Below are positions 1 through 15,485 of a stretch of DNA of 64,000 bases, in pieces. This DNA comes from the human T2T-CHM13v2.0 reference genome, Homo sapiens. Under the pieces are notes generated by a model, which was not told the DNA's origin, did not search any database, and saw only the letters and a list, made by a program, of their open reading frames with translations. The position numbers were made by a program, and so were the translations under genes. How positions within the stretch are numbered: the stretch's first letter is position 1; each line of letters starts with the position of its first letter. The stretch lies in assembly GCF_009914755.1 (NCBI RefSeq), contig NC_060926.1. One strand, given 5' to 3'.

Positions 1-209
1 CTTCCAGCCTTTACAAATACAACCTTTCACTGTCACACTCATTCTTCCTTGTCCTTAAAACAGAAAGCCCAGGCATAGTCTGATGCCACTTCTGAGGGCT
101 ATAGCAGGTGGCATCTAGTGTCTCTATAGTAACTATTTACACTCCTAGGGAAAATTATCTCACAGAAGCATAGAGAGCCTGACCTTGTCTATAAAGACAG
201 TAAGGTACA

Positions 210-316
210 ATGATTAAAAGAATAGGCTCTAAAGTCAGGCAGACCTGGGTAAATCTGCCACCTACTAGAGAGCTTGGGCAAGCAAGTTCACCATGCCTGG
301 TACCTAGTGAGTGCTG
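210..316 (+). mobile_element. MIR SINE fragment
   Basis: ggctctaaagtcaggcagacctgggt...cttgggcaag...catgcctggtacctagtgagtgct resembles MIR 5' and 3' consensus blocks with the core missing. Confidence 0.55.
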
Positions 317-1029
317 TGGGCCTCTATTCTGGAGGGACAGCAGGGCCTTACGAAACCAGCATGAGATTGTAAATGCCTTGCAGGCTGGATTTTCAAGAGG
401 AAATGCTACCCCCTTTTTCTCCAACATCTCTGGCAAAATTGCTAACCCAAAGGTACTAGGCCCAGCTAGTTATGAAGGGGATGGAAGTGATCTCTATCCA
501 AGGGAAGAACATTTGAATTGATGTTTAAAGGAGTTGTTTAGATTCTTATGAAGGAATAGAGGAAGAGTAGAGGCAAAGACAGAGAAGGGGATGGATGAGA
601 ATAAAGAACAAGAAAAGAAGCAGTAGGAGACAAATGAGAAGGTTAAAGCTGATAATTTTTACTTTTATGATAAAAGGAATTTCTAAGCAAATTCTAACCA
701 TTTTATCAAGAAGAAACAAATTCACTAACTTATATTTCTGCTTAAAGAAATGCATGGGCATTTTCTTCGCATGTGCAGTTTGTTTAAAAATTAGGCATTG
801 AATGCTTTTTAAAAAATATCTAGATCTATTCTGGACATGCACATTCCAATTGATAGATAGATCAAAATGTCTGATTTTCTTACTGGTAACTTGGCACCAG
901 TTGCCAGTGGCTTCATATGAACCTATCAGCTGCTGTGGGATGGCAGAGCAGTTAAGAGTCCAAGACTAGTCCACGCAGGCCTGCAGCTCCCACATTCTGA
1001 TGCATCAAAGCCACAGCAAGTTCCTAAAA

Positions 1030-1210
1030 CATAGGCTCTGGATCCAGATGCTTTTGGTTCAAATTTTCACTTCATTATTTCTCAGATGTGTGACTTATGG
1101 CAATTACTTACTTCTCTAAGGCTCACTTTCCACATCTGTAAAATAGGGCTAATGATAGTATTTGCTTCATAAGATTGGGGATTGAATGGGATAATGCACT
1201 TAGCTCAATA
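1030..1210 (+). mobile_element. MIR SINE
   Basis: ggctctggatccagatg...tgtgtgacttatggcaattacttacttctctaaggctcactttccacatctgtaaaatagggctaat is the MIR core. Confidence 0.75.
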
Positions 1211-1219
1211 CTCACCCAT

Positions 1220-1223
<4 letters not shown>

Positions 1224-1250
<27 letters not shown>

Positions 1251-1534
1251 GAGACAGAGTCTTGCTCTGTTGCCCAGGCTGGAGTGCAGTCGTGCGATCT
1301 TGGCTCACTGAAATCTCCACCTCCCAGGTTCAAGCAATTCTCCTGCCTCGGCCTCCCATGTAGCTGGGATTTCAGGCACACACCAACACCCCCGACTAAT
1401 TTTTTTGAATTTTTAGTAGAGACAGGATTTTACCATGTTAGTCAGGCTGGTCTCAAACTCCTGGCCTCAAGTAATCCGCCCACCTTGGCCTCCCAAAGGG
1501 CTGGGATTACAGGCGTGAGCCACCACTCCCAGCC
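1224..1534 (-). mobile_element. Alu (AluSz-like), full length
   Basis: T27 tail, then gagacagagtcttgctctgttgcccaggctggagtgcag...gggattacaggcgtgagccaccactcccagcc; dimeric Alu in reverse. Confidence 0.97.
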
Positions 1535-2008
1535 AACAATATTCAATTACATACTCAATTACTATGTTCTTTTTCTGGTAACTAGAATGTAGGATCTTAT
1601 GATTGGCCCCAAGTTCAAAGATATGGGCAAGTAAGTATAATATAAGAGTGTAGATACAGATTTTGTAGGATATATGCCATGGCCTCTGTCCCATATCAGT
1701 TTAATACCTATTTTCCAATGTAATGCCCTGAAATCCCAGAAGAGGAAAAAAGAATTTTTTTCTAACAATTAGAAACATGATAAAAAAAACTATCAAAGGT
1801 ATATTCATTCAGCCATGCAAATTGTAAAACCATAGCAATCATTCTATTTGTTTGGTCACAGTTTAAAAAAGGAAATTTGCTATAAGAAAAATAAATACAA
1901 ACAAACACAAAAAGAGTTGAATGCCACCTGCAGAAGAAGCACCAATCCAACTATTTTACCCTGCCCACATTCACCATGTTTCTCACAATTGCCTATAAAA
2001 AGTAGTCA

Positions 2009-2200
2009 CCATTTATTGTACCAGGCAGTGAGCTAAGTGCTTTATGGACCCTGTCTCGTTTAACTGTCCCCAGAGTCCTATGAGTAGGTATGTTAGTGCC
2101 ATGCCCATATCACGGATAAGGAGATATGCCAGGTCAGAGAGGCGAGTTGGGATTCACACGCAGCAGACTTGCTCCAGGGCCTGTGTTCTCAACACTGCAT
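2009..2200 (-). mobile_element. MIR SINE
   Basis: catttattgtaccaggcagtgagctaagtgcttta...cctatgagtaggta...gggattcacacgcagcagact is reverse MIR. Confidence 0.65.
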
Positions 2201-2621
2201 GGTGCCGCTTCTGATCTGGATTGTTAAATCTCAGCACCCAGCACTCCTGGCTTGGGTAGAAGGGAATGGGCCCAGAGGTGCTGAGAATGGATCTCATGTA
2301 CACCTAGGGTCGAAGTTGGAACAGAGAGTATGTGGAGAGCCTGGGCTAAGACTGAAGCCGCCATGATGAAAACCAAACTCAAGCAGTCTTGTTTTTTAAA
2401 ACCAATGGGAGTAGTAAAGTATAAATGTAAATCTCAGTTATCTTATCATGCCACCCTATAGGTGTTTCCAGTAGTTACTTTAGAGCTATCAAAGATACAT
2501 CTGAAATAACGGTACTGTGTATATACTTGAGTCCTCTTCCCCAGCTTGACACTCCTAGGAGTCAGGTGTTCTCTGGGCCAGATCATTTGCCCACAAACAT
2601 AGCAATATGCCTAGCCTTCTC

Positions 2622-2662
2622 ATTATATAAGGTCCCCCATTATATGGGGGACCTTATATAAT
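2622..2662. repeat. Perfect inverted repeat, 19-bp arms, 3-nt loop
   Basis: attatataaggtcccccat (2622-2640) + tat + atgggggaccttatataat (2644-2662); the arms are exact reverse complements. Confidence 0.95.
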
Positions 2663-3281
2663 TTCATCATATGGATGAAAAATGGGATTATTTTATTATT
2701 TGACTCTTCTCTCTAGGATTCAAAGTGCTTTTATTTATAGATTTTCATGATTTAACCAATTCACCCAAGAAGTAGGAAGAGGGCAGCTTTATTATTTTCA
2801 AATTGTGGACTGAGAAACTGAGATATGCAGAAAGAAATAAAGCTGCTCTGCAATTTGGAAAACCATCTGTGATGCTATAAAAACGTCTCACTGTACTCTC
2901 AACCACATAAATCACTATTTTTATTGCCTTCTCTCTGGATGAGATGTGGCTTAATTTGAGAGAGCTGTTTATCATTTGGCAAGCTGAAAGAACCTAATTT
3001 CAAGTCTCCATTCTAGTGGGTGGTAAGAATAAAGGGAATTTGCTTTAAGGGAAGAGGAAATGATAAGAATGGGAAGGAAACGGTTAGACCTAAAAAAAAT
3101 CGATTTTGAAACCCTTTGGATTATCATGGATTTAATTTGCCAAGCATGGGTGAGGGGTCACATGGAATGGGTTTGAATTCTAAGCCACCATTATGACCAC
3201 TCACTTAATGTTTCTTCCTACCACTCCCATTCTACAGTGAGCCCATGATTAAGATAACAACAGCTTAAATGAGTTAGTGCA

Positions 3282-5600
3282 TAGTATGGTTTGGCTCTGG
3301 GTCCCCACCCAAATCCCGTGTTAAATTGTAATCTTGAGTGTTGGACGTGGGGCTTGGTGAGAGGTGATTTGATCATGAGGGTGATTTCTAATGGTTTAGC
3401 ACCATCCCCACAGTGCTGCCTTATGATAGAGTTCTCAGGCGATCTGGTTGTTTGAAAGCATGTAGCACTTCCGCTGCCCTTCTCCTGCTGGCCATGTGAA
3501 GGTGTGCCTGTTTCTCCTTTACCTTCTGCCATGATTGTAAGTTTCCTGAGGCCTCCCCAAAAGCAGAAGCCTTTACAGCCCACAGAACTGTGAGCTGATT
3601 AAACATCTTTCTTTATAAATTACCCAGTCTCAGGTAGTTTTTATAGCAATGCAAGAACAGACTAATGAAGAAAATTGGTACCAGAGAAGTGAGGCATTAC
3701 TACAAAGATACCTGAAAATGTGGAAGCAGCTTTGGAACTGGATAATGGGCAGAGGGTGGAACAGTTTGGAAAGCTCAGAAGAAGACAGGAAGATGAGGAA
3801 ATGTTTGGAATTTCCTAGAGACTTGTTTAATGGTTTTGACCAAAATGCTCATAGTGATATGGGCAGAGATGGCCAGGCTGATGAGGTCTCAGATGGAGAT
3901 GAGGAACTTATTGAGAACTGGAGTAAAGGTCACTCTTGCTATGCTTTAGCAAAGAGACTGGTGGCATTGTGCTCCTGCTCTAGGGATCTGTTGAACTTTG
4001 ACCTTGAGAGATGATTTAGGGTATCTGGCAGAAGAAATTTCTAAGCATCAAAGTGCTCAAGATGTGGCCTGGCTGCTTCCAAAAGCCTAACTCATCTGCA
4101 TAAACAAAGAAATGACCTGAAAAGGGAGGCAAAGCATAAAAGATAGATAGGAAAATTTGCAGCCTAGCCATGTGGTAGAAAAGAAAAACCCATTTTCTGG
4201 GGAGAAATTCAAGCCCAATACAGAAATTTGCATAAGTAAAGAGGAGCCAAATATTAGCAGTCAAGACAATGGGGAAAATGCCTATGAGGCATTCCAGAGA
4301 CCTTTGGGGCAGCCCCTCCCATCACAGGCCTGGAGGCCTAGGAGGGAAAAATGGTTTCATGGGGCCAGGCCCAGGGCCCTGCTGCTTTGTGCAGCCTTGG
4401 GGCATGGCACCCTGCATCCCACTTGCTCCAGCTACAGCTGTGGCCAAAAGGGCCCCAGATACTTCTCAGACTGCTGCTCCAGAGAGTGCAAGCCACAAGC
4501 CTTGGTGGCTTCCATGTGGTGTTAAGCCTGCAAGTACAAAGAGGATGAGAGTTGAGGCTTGGGAACCTCCACCTAGATTTCAGAGGATGTATGGAAAGGC
4601 CTGGATGTCCAGGCGGGAGTCTCCTGCAGGGGCAGAGCCTTCATGGAGAATATCTAGTAGGGCAGTGCAAAGGGGAAATGTGGGGTTGGAGCCCCCACAC
4701 AGAGTCCCCACTGGGGCACTGCCTAGTGGAGCTCTGAAAAGAAGGTCATCCTCCTCCAGACCCCAGCTTGCACTGTGTACCTGGAAAATCCACAGGCACT
4801 CACATCAGTCCATGAAAGCAGCCACAGGGGATGTACCCTGCAGAGCTGCCCAAGGCCTTGGAAGCCCACCCCCTCCATCAGCATGGCCTGGATGTGAGAC
4901 ACAGAGTCAAGATTATTTTGGAGCTTTAAGATTTAATGACCGTCCTGCTGGGTTTCGGACTTGCATGGGGCCTGTAGCCCCTGTGTTGTGGCTGAGTTCT
5001 CCTTTCTGGAAATGGAGTATTTACCCAATGCCTGTACTCCCATTGTATCTTGGAAGTAGCTAACTTGTTTTTGATTTTACAGGCTCATAGGTGGAAGGGA
5101 CTTGCCTTGTCTCCGATTAGACTTTGGACTTGGACTTTTGAGTTAATTCTGGAATGAGTTAAGACTTTGGGGGACTGTTGAGAAGGGATGGTTATATTTT
5201 ACAATGTGAGAGGATATGAGATTTGGGAGGGGCCAAGGGTGGAATGGTATGGTGGGGCTTTGTGTCCCTACCCAAATCTCATGTTGAACTGTGATCCCGA
5301 GTGCTGGAGGGAGGGTTTGGTGGGAGGTGATTGGATCACAGGGGTGGTTTTTAATGGTTTAGCGCCATTCCCCCAATTTCTTAGGAAATCTGCTTGTTTG
5401 AAAGTGTGTAGCATCTCCTTTGCCCCTCTCCTGCTGCTAATGGCCTGTTTCCCCTTCACCTTGTGCCACGATTGTAAGTTTCCTGAGGCCTCCCCCAGAA
5501 GCAGAAGCCTGTACAGCCCACAGGAACCATGAGCTGACTAACCATCTTTTCTTTATAAATTACCCAGTTCTTTATGGCAACGTAAGAATGGACCAATAGA
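3282..5600 (+). mobile_element. Complete MaLR provirus, MSTA LTR-int-LTR
   Basis: 5' LTR 3282-3669 (tagtatggtttggctc...gaacagactaatgaa), internal 3670-5244 starting gaaaattggtacc and ending in a polypurine tract gggaggggccaagggtggaa, 3' LTR 5245-5600; 5-bp flanks gtgca/gcaca. Confidence 0.93.
3670..5063 (+). pseudogene. Frameshifted remnant of the MaLR internal ORF
   Basis: ORF pieces 3649-4014, 4157-4525 and 4269-5063 lie in different frames across MST-int (e.g. WKQLWNWIMGRGWNSLESSEEDRKM). Confidence 0.7.
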
Positions 5601-5934
5601 GCACATCACTAGGGTAGCACAAAGGAGAGGGCCCAGAAGCAGAGGAGAGATAAACAGCTCATTTTTTTCATCTTTCTCAATGTTTCTTGCTCACTCTCTG
5701 TTGTTTGCATCCATTTTTCATTTCATCCCATTTCCTCTTTTTTCCCTTTCATTTCCTCATTTTGGGACAGCAAGAGGTCATGTTCTTGCTGCCAACAGTT
5801 ACGACATTTTCAGTAGTCATGACAGCCACAAAGCCAGGGCTGGACTTGTCCAGAAGTCTGATCTGCAGCAGGAGGGAGTCTGTAGTGTGCAGGGGCTCTC
5901 CAGCTGTCACTTAGATCCCAAGCTGCCCCTTCAC

Positions 5935-6100
5935 TTTTAATTTTGCTGATGGTGGCTTTTGTCAAAGGCAATTTAAAATTTAGGGCTAGGTAGTCTAATC
6001 TGTCAATCTTTTCTTTTCTTTGTGGTTTCCAGGTTTGTGTCTTACTTAGGAGGGCCTTCCCAATGCTAAAATTATATATATAAACAGATATACCACAATT
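5935..6100 (-). mobile_element. Old L1 (L1M/L1ME) ORF2 3' fragment
   Basis: Minus-strand translation IGKALLSKTQTWKPQRKEKIDRLDYL...TKATISKIK resembles the L1 ORF2 C-terminal region. Confidence 0.6.
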
Positions 6101-6289
6101 GCCTAAACAGAAATTTGGGCAAGCTGGCACATTTGAAACAGGGCTGTCTCCTAAAATTTGGAACGTGTGGATAGCGTGCATATGCTTGGACTCTAGGACT
6201 TACTTTCTCTGGAAAAATCCGTCTAGCTTCCTCACTCACTGCCTCTGCCTCCCAGCTCCAGCCTAGCCATTTCATCTTATGGTGGGGGA

Positions 6290-6720
6290 GCACTCAGTTG
6301 CTAGGGCCAGAAACCCACTCAGAGTAACTTAAGTAAATGGGGATTACTTGCACAGTGATAACGGAATACTGTGAAACCCAGTTTGAAGAATTGCACCTGG
6401 ATCACTGAAGGGCTAGAGTCTGGAGCTGCCCTTCCTCCTCCCTTTCTCTCAGTTATCTTTGTCTCTGCTCCATCCTCCCCCTTCGTCAAGCATACTCTGT
6501 TACCACATGACCTTAAATGACTGTCTAACTCAGTCCTTGAGCCCACAGAATCTTGTGAGTCTAGCACTCACAGATAAAAAAACACCCTCAGGCTTTCTGT
6601 GTCCCAACTCCAAGTTCTAGATAAAGATGTCTGATTGGTTAAAGTGGGTCATGTTTAAAGTGGGTCTACTCCCAATTCAGTTATTGGTGGCCAGGGCCAT
6701 GAGCCACATGGTTGCCCCTT
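6290..6720 (-). mobile_element. MLT1J/K/L-type MaLR LTR fragment
   Basis: gttgctagggccagaaacccactcagagtaacttaagtaaatgggga...tctgattggtt...tggccaggg resembles a reverse MLT1J-L LTR. Confidence 0.5.
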
Positions 6721-7480
6721 GGGGCAGTGGGCAAGGTAAAGTTCACAAGATGTGGTGGGGAGGAAATGACCACTGTAACTCTGTGGTCCAGTTCCCACAC
6801 CCATATTGTGATTTTTGCTCCCCTTCAAGTTTGCCCTTGATGTTGTCTGTAACTGAATTCTGTTTTCTCCCATGGTTAGATTTATACCAGATCCAGGACC
6901 TTTTAGGGAGGGCTGTGGTCCTGTCCCCTTGGGGAGGCTCTGATCTAAGACTGCTCCCTCATGGAAATTAAGGAGAAGGGGAAAGCCTAGGCTACAGATG
7001 GAGAAGGATGAGTCATTCCAGCAGCCATGGCCAAGGGAACTCCTGGAGACGTAGGGACTGTTTATGTGGCCACTCACCATCATGCAGGCCCCCAATGGGG
7101 GTGAGGCAAGGAAGGACATAGAAAGACTGCTCAAGTGCATTTCTGGTTTTGCTTCCTACCGCAAACGACTCTTGTCATATGACTGGGGGAGTGTGGTGGT
7201 GGCAATAAGCAGAAAAATTTGAGTCTAAGAGTTGCTTTCTGAATTCTATTAGGGTCAATGTAGTCTAAAGAAGTTGACTTTTGAGGAAATAAATCTTTTC
7301 TGTTTTCTGCAGCCAGACTAAGGATTTAGTGGTGAATGGTAGGTGGGAACATAGTGGGACTCTGACTGCTCATACGGCCTCTGTGAGGCTCAATTCTTTT
7401 ATCTCTAAAAGAGAGAACTGTCTACCTGGTAAGAGAAGATCTTTTGGGAGCCCACTAAACTCTAACATAATGTTATTATA

Positions 7481-7686
7481 CAGTAAGTTCTCACTTAATG
7501 TCATCGACAGTTTCTTGGAAACTATAGCTTTAAGCAAAATGACATGTAACAAAAGCGTTTTTTTCTCATCAACGTTATAACAAAACGTTAAAGGAAGTGA
7601 CATTATTTATGAACCTGCTGCATGTTGTTTTGCTTAAAGTTACAGATTCCAAGAACCTATCGATGACATTAAGTGAGGACTTACTG
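7481..7686. mobile_element. Tigger-family MITE (MER6B-like)
   Basis: TIRs cagtaagttctcacttaatgtcatcga / tcgatgacattaagtgaggacttactg, TA duplication on both sides (7479-80, 7687-88), 206 bp. Confidence 0.88.
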
Positions 7687-8645
7687 TACTAGTATCATTT
7701 ATAACTTATAAAAATGACTTAATTAATATACCACAAAATATGCAGCTTTCATGTTAGAGACCAGATAAATATGAATATTTTGTTAAAATGTCTCTCTTCT
7801 CTACTTTACCAGTCTTCACCAACCTCCTCCCTCCAGAATATTCCTCAAGAATATAAAATGCCTCATCAACATGAGACAACAGCAGGAAGCACCCATTCGT
7901 AGTAATCCTCTGTATGGAGGAGGCTGTTACATAACCACAAAGGCACAAAGCTGCAGTTTTGAGAACATCTTCCCACGCCAGTTCTAAGCATTGACTTCAA
8001 CTATGGTTGCTAACACAAGAATCGGCACTGGTGACTTTTGAGCCATCAATCATCCTTTCCTAACACATGAATCTTTTGGAAAAGTATGTGAGATTGGAGA
8101 TTACCTGTGATGGTTTGGATTTAGATTTTGCCTCCAGGTTTAGGCAATGGTAAATAGGCAGGAGTTTAATAGGAACTAAGGTTATTTGATAATTCCTGGG
8201 CCACTGCAAATAGAAAGTGTTGGCAATTTTGTCTTTTGGGCTGCCTCTGATTGAAGGCACAGGCCTGTTTCATGAAGTTCTGAAACATGAACCGGCTGTA
8301 TCTGCGTCAAAGTCAGTGGTAACCAGGTTAATAGCACTGACAACCATGTTCTTTTTACAGGAAACACAAACGTGAATCACTTGTTCTTACTTTTCTTTTA
8401 CAGTGGTCTCAAATAGTCAAGACCCCCTGCTGGGAGGAGCTTCTATCCTGCTCTGTGGAAGAAATGGGCATGCCAGATGCCTGGAAGATCAGAGGCTCAC
8501 ATTCCAGGTGGGTCACCCTGGTTCTTCTCATCAGAATCAACTAGAGAGATGGGCTCCCTCTCCATCCCTACCCACGGGCATTGGTCAGGCTGAAAGCAAA
8601 GAAAGACAATCCATTGCCCCCAGGAGAACTGGTCTTACTCTAAAT

Positions 8646-8826
8646 CAGTGGCCTGCAAACTGTTTATGTGGATGTCCGGATAGTACATTTTTTGCCTGTG
8701 TGGGCCTTCCAGTCTGTCTTAGTTACTCAACTCTGTGATTTTTGAGCAACCATTAGACAGTATGTAAATGAATGAGCATGGCCCCATCTGGCCCTCCACC
8801 CACAGGCCATAGTTTGCTGACTCCTG
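8646..8826 (+). mobile_element. MER58A hAT-Charlie MITE
   Basis: cagtggcctgcaaac...tactcaactctg...cattagacagtatgtaaatgaatgagcatggc...caggccatagtttgctgactcctg. Confidence 0.8.
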
Positions 8827-9518
8827 CAAGAGTAAAACCCTTTATGAACTAGAGAGTTCCAGGCTTGAACATGGGTCCAGAAAATATGGGAAGGCAAACC
8901 TCACACATTTGTGGTTGTGTGCCTCCTAAGTGCTTTGTGTCACTGTTGGCTTCCAATTCCTAGGAAGGGCCTTGGGCACCAACCGTATGTTGACCCAGGG
9001 AGAAAAGGACTTTTGGGAGTGAGAGTCAGAGAATGGGTACCACGTACCCTTCAGATCCCTCAGCTTTCAGATTGACACAGCAACAGATCATAGTCTCCTA
9101 AATTCTCTGGCTTAAAGCATGGAGCCACACTTATCCTGCCAGGCTGGGTCCCCAGTTCTTAGATGAGGCTAGCAGTAGCCATGAGGAGTGGGCATGTGGC
9201 TAGTACAAGAGAAGGAATGCTAGGTGGCACTTGGTCAGCAACTTTCCAATATCATGTTTCTTAATTGTATCACCAAATGTGTATTATCGTCCTGTCTTTT
9301 TTTTTTTTTAATTATTATACTTTAAGTTTTAGGGTACATGTGCACAACATGCAGGTTTGTTACATATATACACATGTGCCATGTTGGTGTGCTGTACCCA
9401 TTAACTCGTCACTTAGCATTAGGTATATATCCTAATGCTATCCCTCCCCCCTCCCCACACCCCACAACAGTCCCCGGTGTGTGATGTTCCCCTTCCTGTG
9501 TCCATGTGTTCTCATTGT

Positions 9519-13369
<3,851 letters not shown>

Positions 13370-13409
13370 TTATTTTGCTCGTACAGTTTTTTCCTAGCCT
13401 TGATGGTCT

Positions 13410-14462
13410 TTACAATTTGGCATGTTTTTGCAGTGGCTGGTACCGGTTGTTCCTTTCCATGTTTAGTGCTTCCTTCAGGAGCTCTTTTAGGGCAGGTCTG
13501 GTGGTGACAAAATCTCTCAGCATTTGCCTGTCTGTAAAGTATTTTATTTCTCCTTCACTTATGAAGCTTAGTTTGGCTGGATATGAGATTCTGGGTTGAA
13601 CATTCTTTTCTTTAAGAATGTTGAATATTGGTCCCCACTCTCTTCTGGCCTGTAGAGTTTCTGCTGAGAGATCAGCTGTTAGTCTGATGGGCTTCCCGAG
13701 AGATCAGCTGTTAGTCTGATGGGCTTCCCTTGTGGGTAACCCGTCCTTTCTCTCTGGCTGCCCTTAACATTTTTTCCTTCATTTCAACTTTGGTGAATCT
13801 GACAATTATGTGTCTTGGAGTTGCTCTTCTGGAGGATTTTCTTTGTGGCATTCTCTGTATTTCCTGAATTTGAATGTTGGCCTGCCTTGCTAGATTGGGG
13901 AAGTTCTCCTGGATAATATCCTGCAGAGTGTTTTCCAACTTGGTTCCATTCTCCCCGTCACGTCACTTTCAGGTACACCAATCAGATGTAGATTTGGTCT
14001 TTTCACATAGTCCCATGTTTCTTGGAGGCTTGGTCCATTTCTTTTTATTTTTTTTCTCTAAACTTCTCTTCTCGCTTCATTTCATTCATTTTGTCTTCCA
14101 TCACTGATACCCTTTCTTCCAGTTGATCGCATCAGCTACTGAGGCTTGTGCATTCATCACATAGTTCTCGTGCCTTGGTTTTCAGCTCCATCAGGTCCTT
14201 TAAGGACTTCTCTGCATTGGTTATTCTAGTTATCCATTCGTCTAATTTTTTTTTCAAAGCTTTTAACTTCTTTGCCATTGGTTCGAATTTCCTCCTGTAG
14301 CTCGGAGTAGTTTGATCATCTGAAGCCTTCTTCTCTCAACTCGTCAAAGTCATTCTCTGTCCAGCTTTGTGCCATTGCTGGTGAGGAGCTGCGTTCCTTT
14401 GGAGGAGGAGAGGCACTCTGAGTTTTAGAGTTTCCAGTTTTTCTGCTCTGTTTTTTCCCCAT
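13410..14462 (-). pseudogene. L1 ORF1 (RNA-binding chaperone), disrupted
   Basis: ATGGGGAAAAAACAG start at 14462; ENTLQDIIQENFPNLARQ...RATPRHIIVRF...LRAAREKG; broken by a 32-bp duplication (13666-13729) and small indels. Confidence 0.92.
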
Positions 14463-15485
14463 CTTTGTGGTTTTATCTACCTTTGGTCTTCGATGATGGT
14501 GACGTACAGATGGGTTTTTGGTGTGGATGTCCTTTGTTTGTTAGTTTTCCTTCTAACAGGCAGGACCCTCAGCTGCAGGTCTGTTGGAGGTTGCTAGAGG
14601 TCCACTCCAGACCCTGTTTGCCTGGGTATCAGCAGCAGTGGCTGCAGAACAGTGGATATTGGTGAACTGCAGATGCTGCTGCCTGATCCTTCCTCTGGAA
14701 GTTTTGTCTTAGAGGAGTACCCAGCCATGTGAGGTGTCAGTCCGCCCCTACTGGGGGGTGCCTCCCAGTTAGGCTACTCAGGGGTCAGGGACCCACTTGA
14801 GGAGGCAGTCTGCCCATTCTCAGATCTCAAGCTGCGTGCTGGGAGAACCACTACTCTCTTCAAAGCTGTCAGAGAGGAACATTTAAGTCTGCGGAGGTTA
14901 GTGCTATCTTTTCATTTGTCTGTGCCCTGCCCCCAGAGTTGGAGCCTACAGAGGGAGGCAGGCAGGCCTCCTTGAGCTGTGGTGGGCTCCACCCAGATCG
15001 AGCTTCCCGGCTGCTTTGTTTGCTTAATCAAACAACTAACTGGGCCACGGCTGGCGCCCCTCCCCCAGCCTCGCTGCCGCCTTGCAGTTTGATCTTGGAC
15101 TGCTGTGCTAGCAATGAGCAAGACTCTGTGGGCGTAGGACCCTCTGAGCCATGCGCGGGATATAATCTCCTTGTGTGCCGTTTGTTAAGCCCATTGGAAA
15201 AGTGCAGTCTTAGGGTGGGAGTGACCCGATTTTCCAGGTGCTGTCTGTCACTGCTTTCTTTGACTAGGAAAGGGAATTCCCTGACCCCTTGCGCTTCCCA
15301 GGTGAGGCGATGCCTTGCCCTGCTTTGGCTCGTGCATGGTGTGCTGCACCCACTGTCCGGCACTCCCCAGTGAGATGAACCCGGTACCTCAGTTGGAAAT
15401 GCAGAAATCACCCGTCTTCTGCATCGCTCACGCTGGGAGCTGTGGACCGAAGCTGTTCCTATTCGGTCATCTTGGCTCCTCCCCC
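14463..15485. promoter_or_regulatory. L1 5'UTR internal sense promoter (-) and antisense promoter (+)
   Basis: Complete 5'UTR of about 1.02 kb; the YY1 site reads AAGATGACC rather than AAGATGGCC; partial CpG decay; activity not shown. Confidence 0.6.

Noticed and set aside
4269-5063. 264-aa ORF as a novel gene
   Set aside because: It lies wholly within MST-int and is one of several frameshifted pieces, with no sign of domestication.
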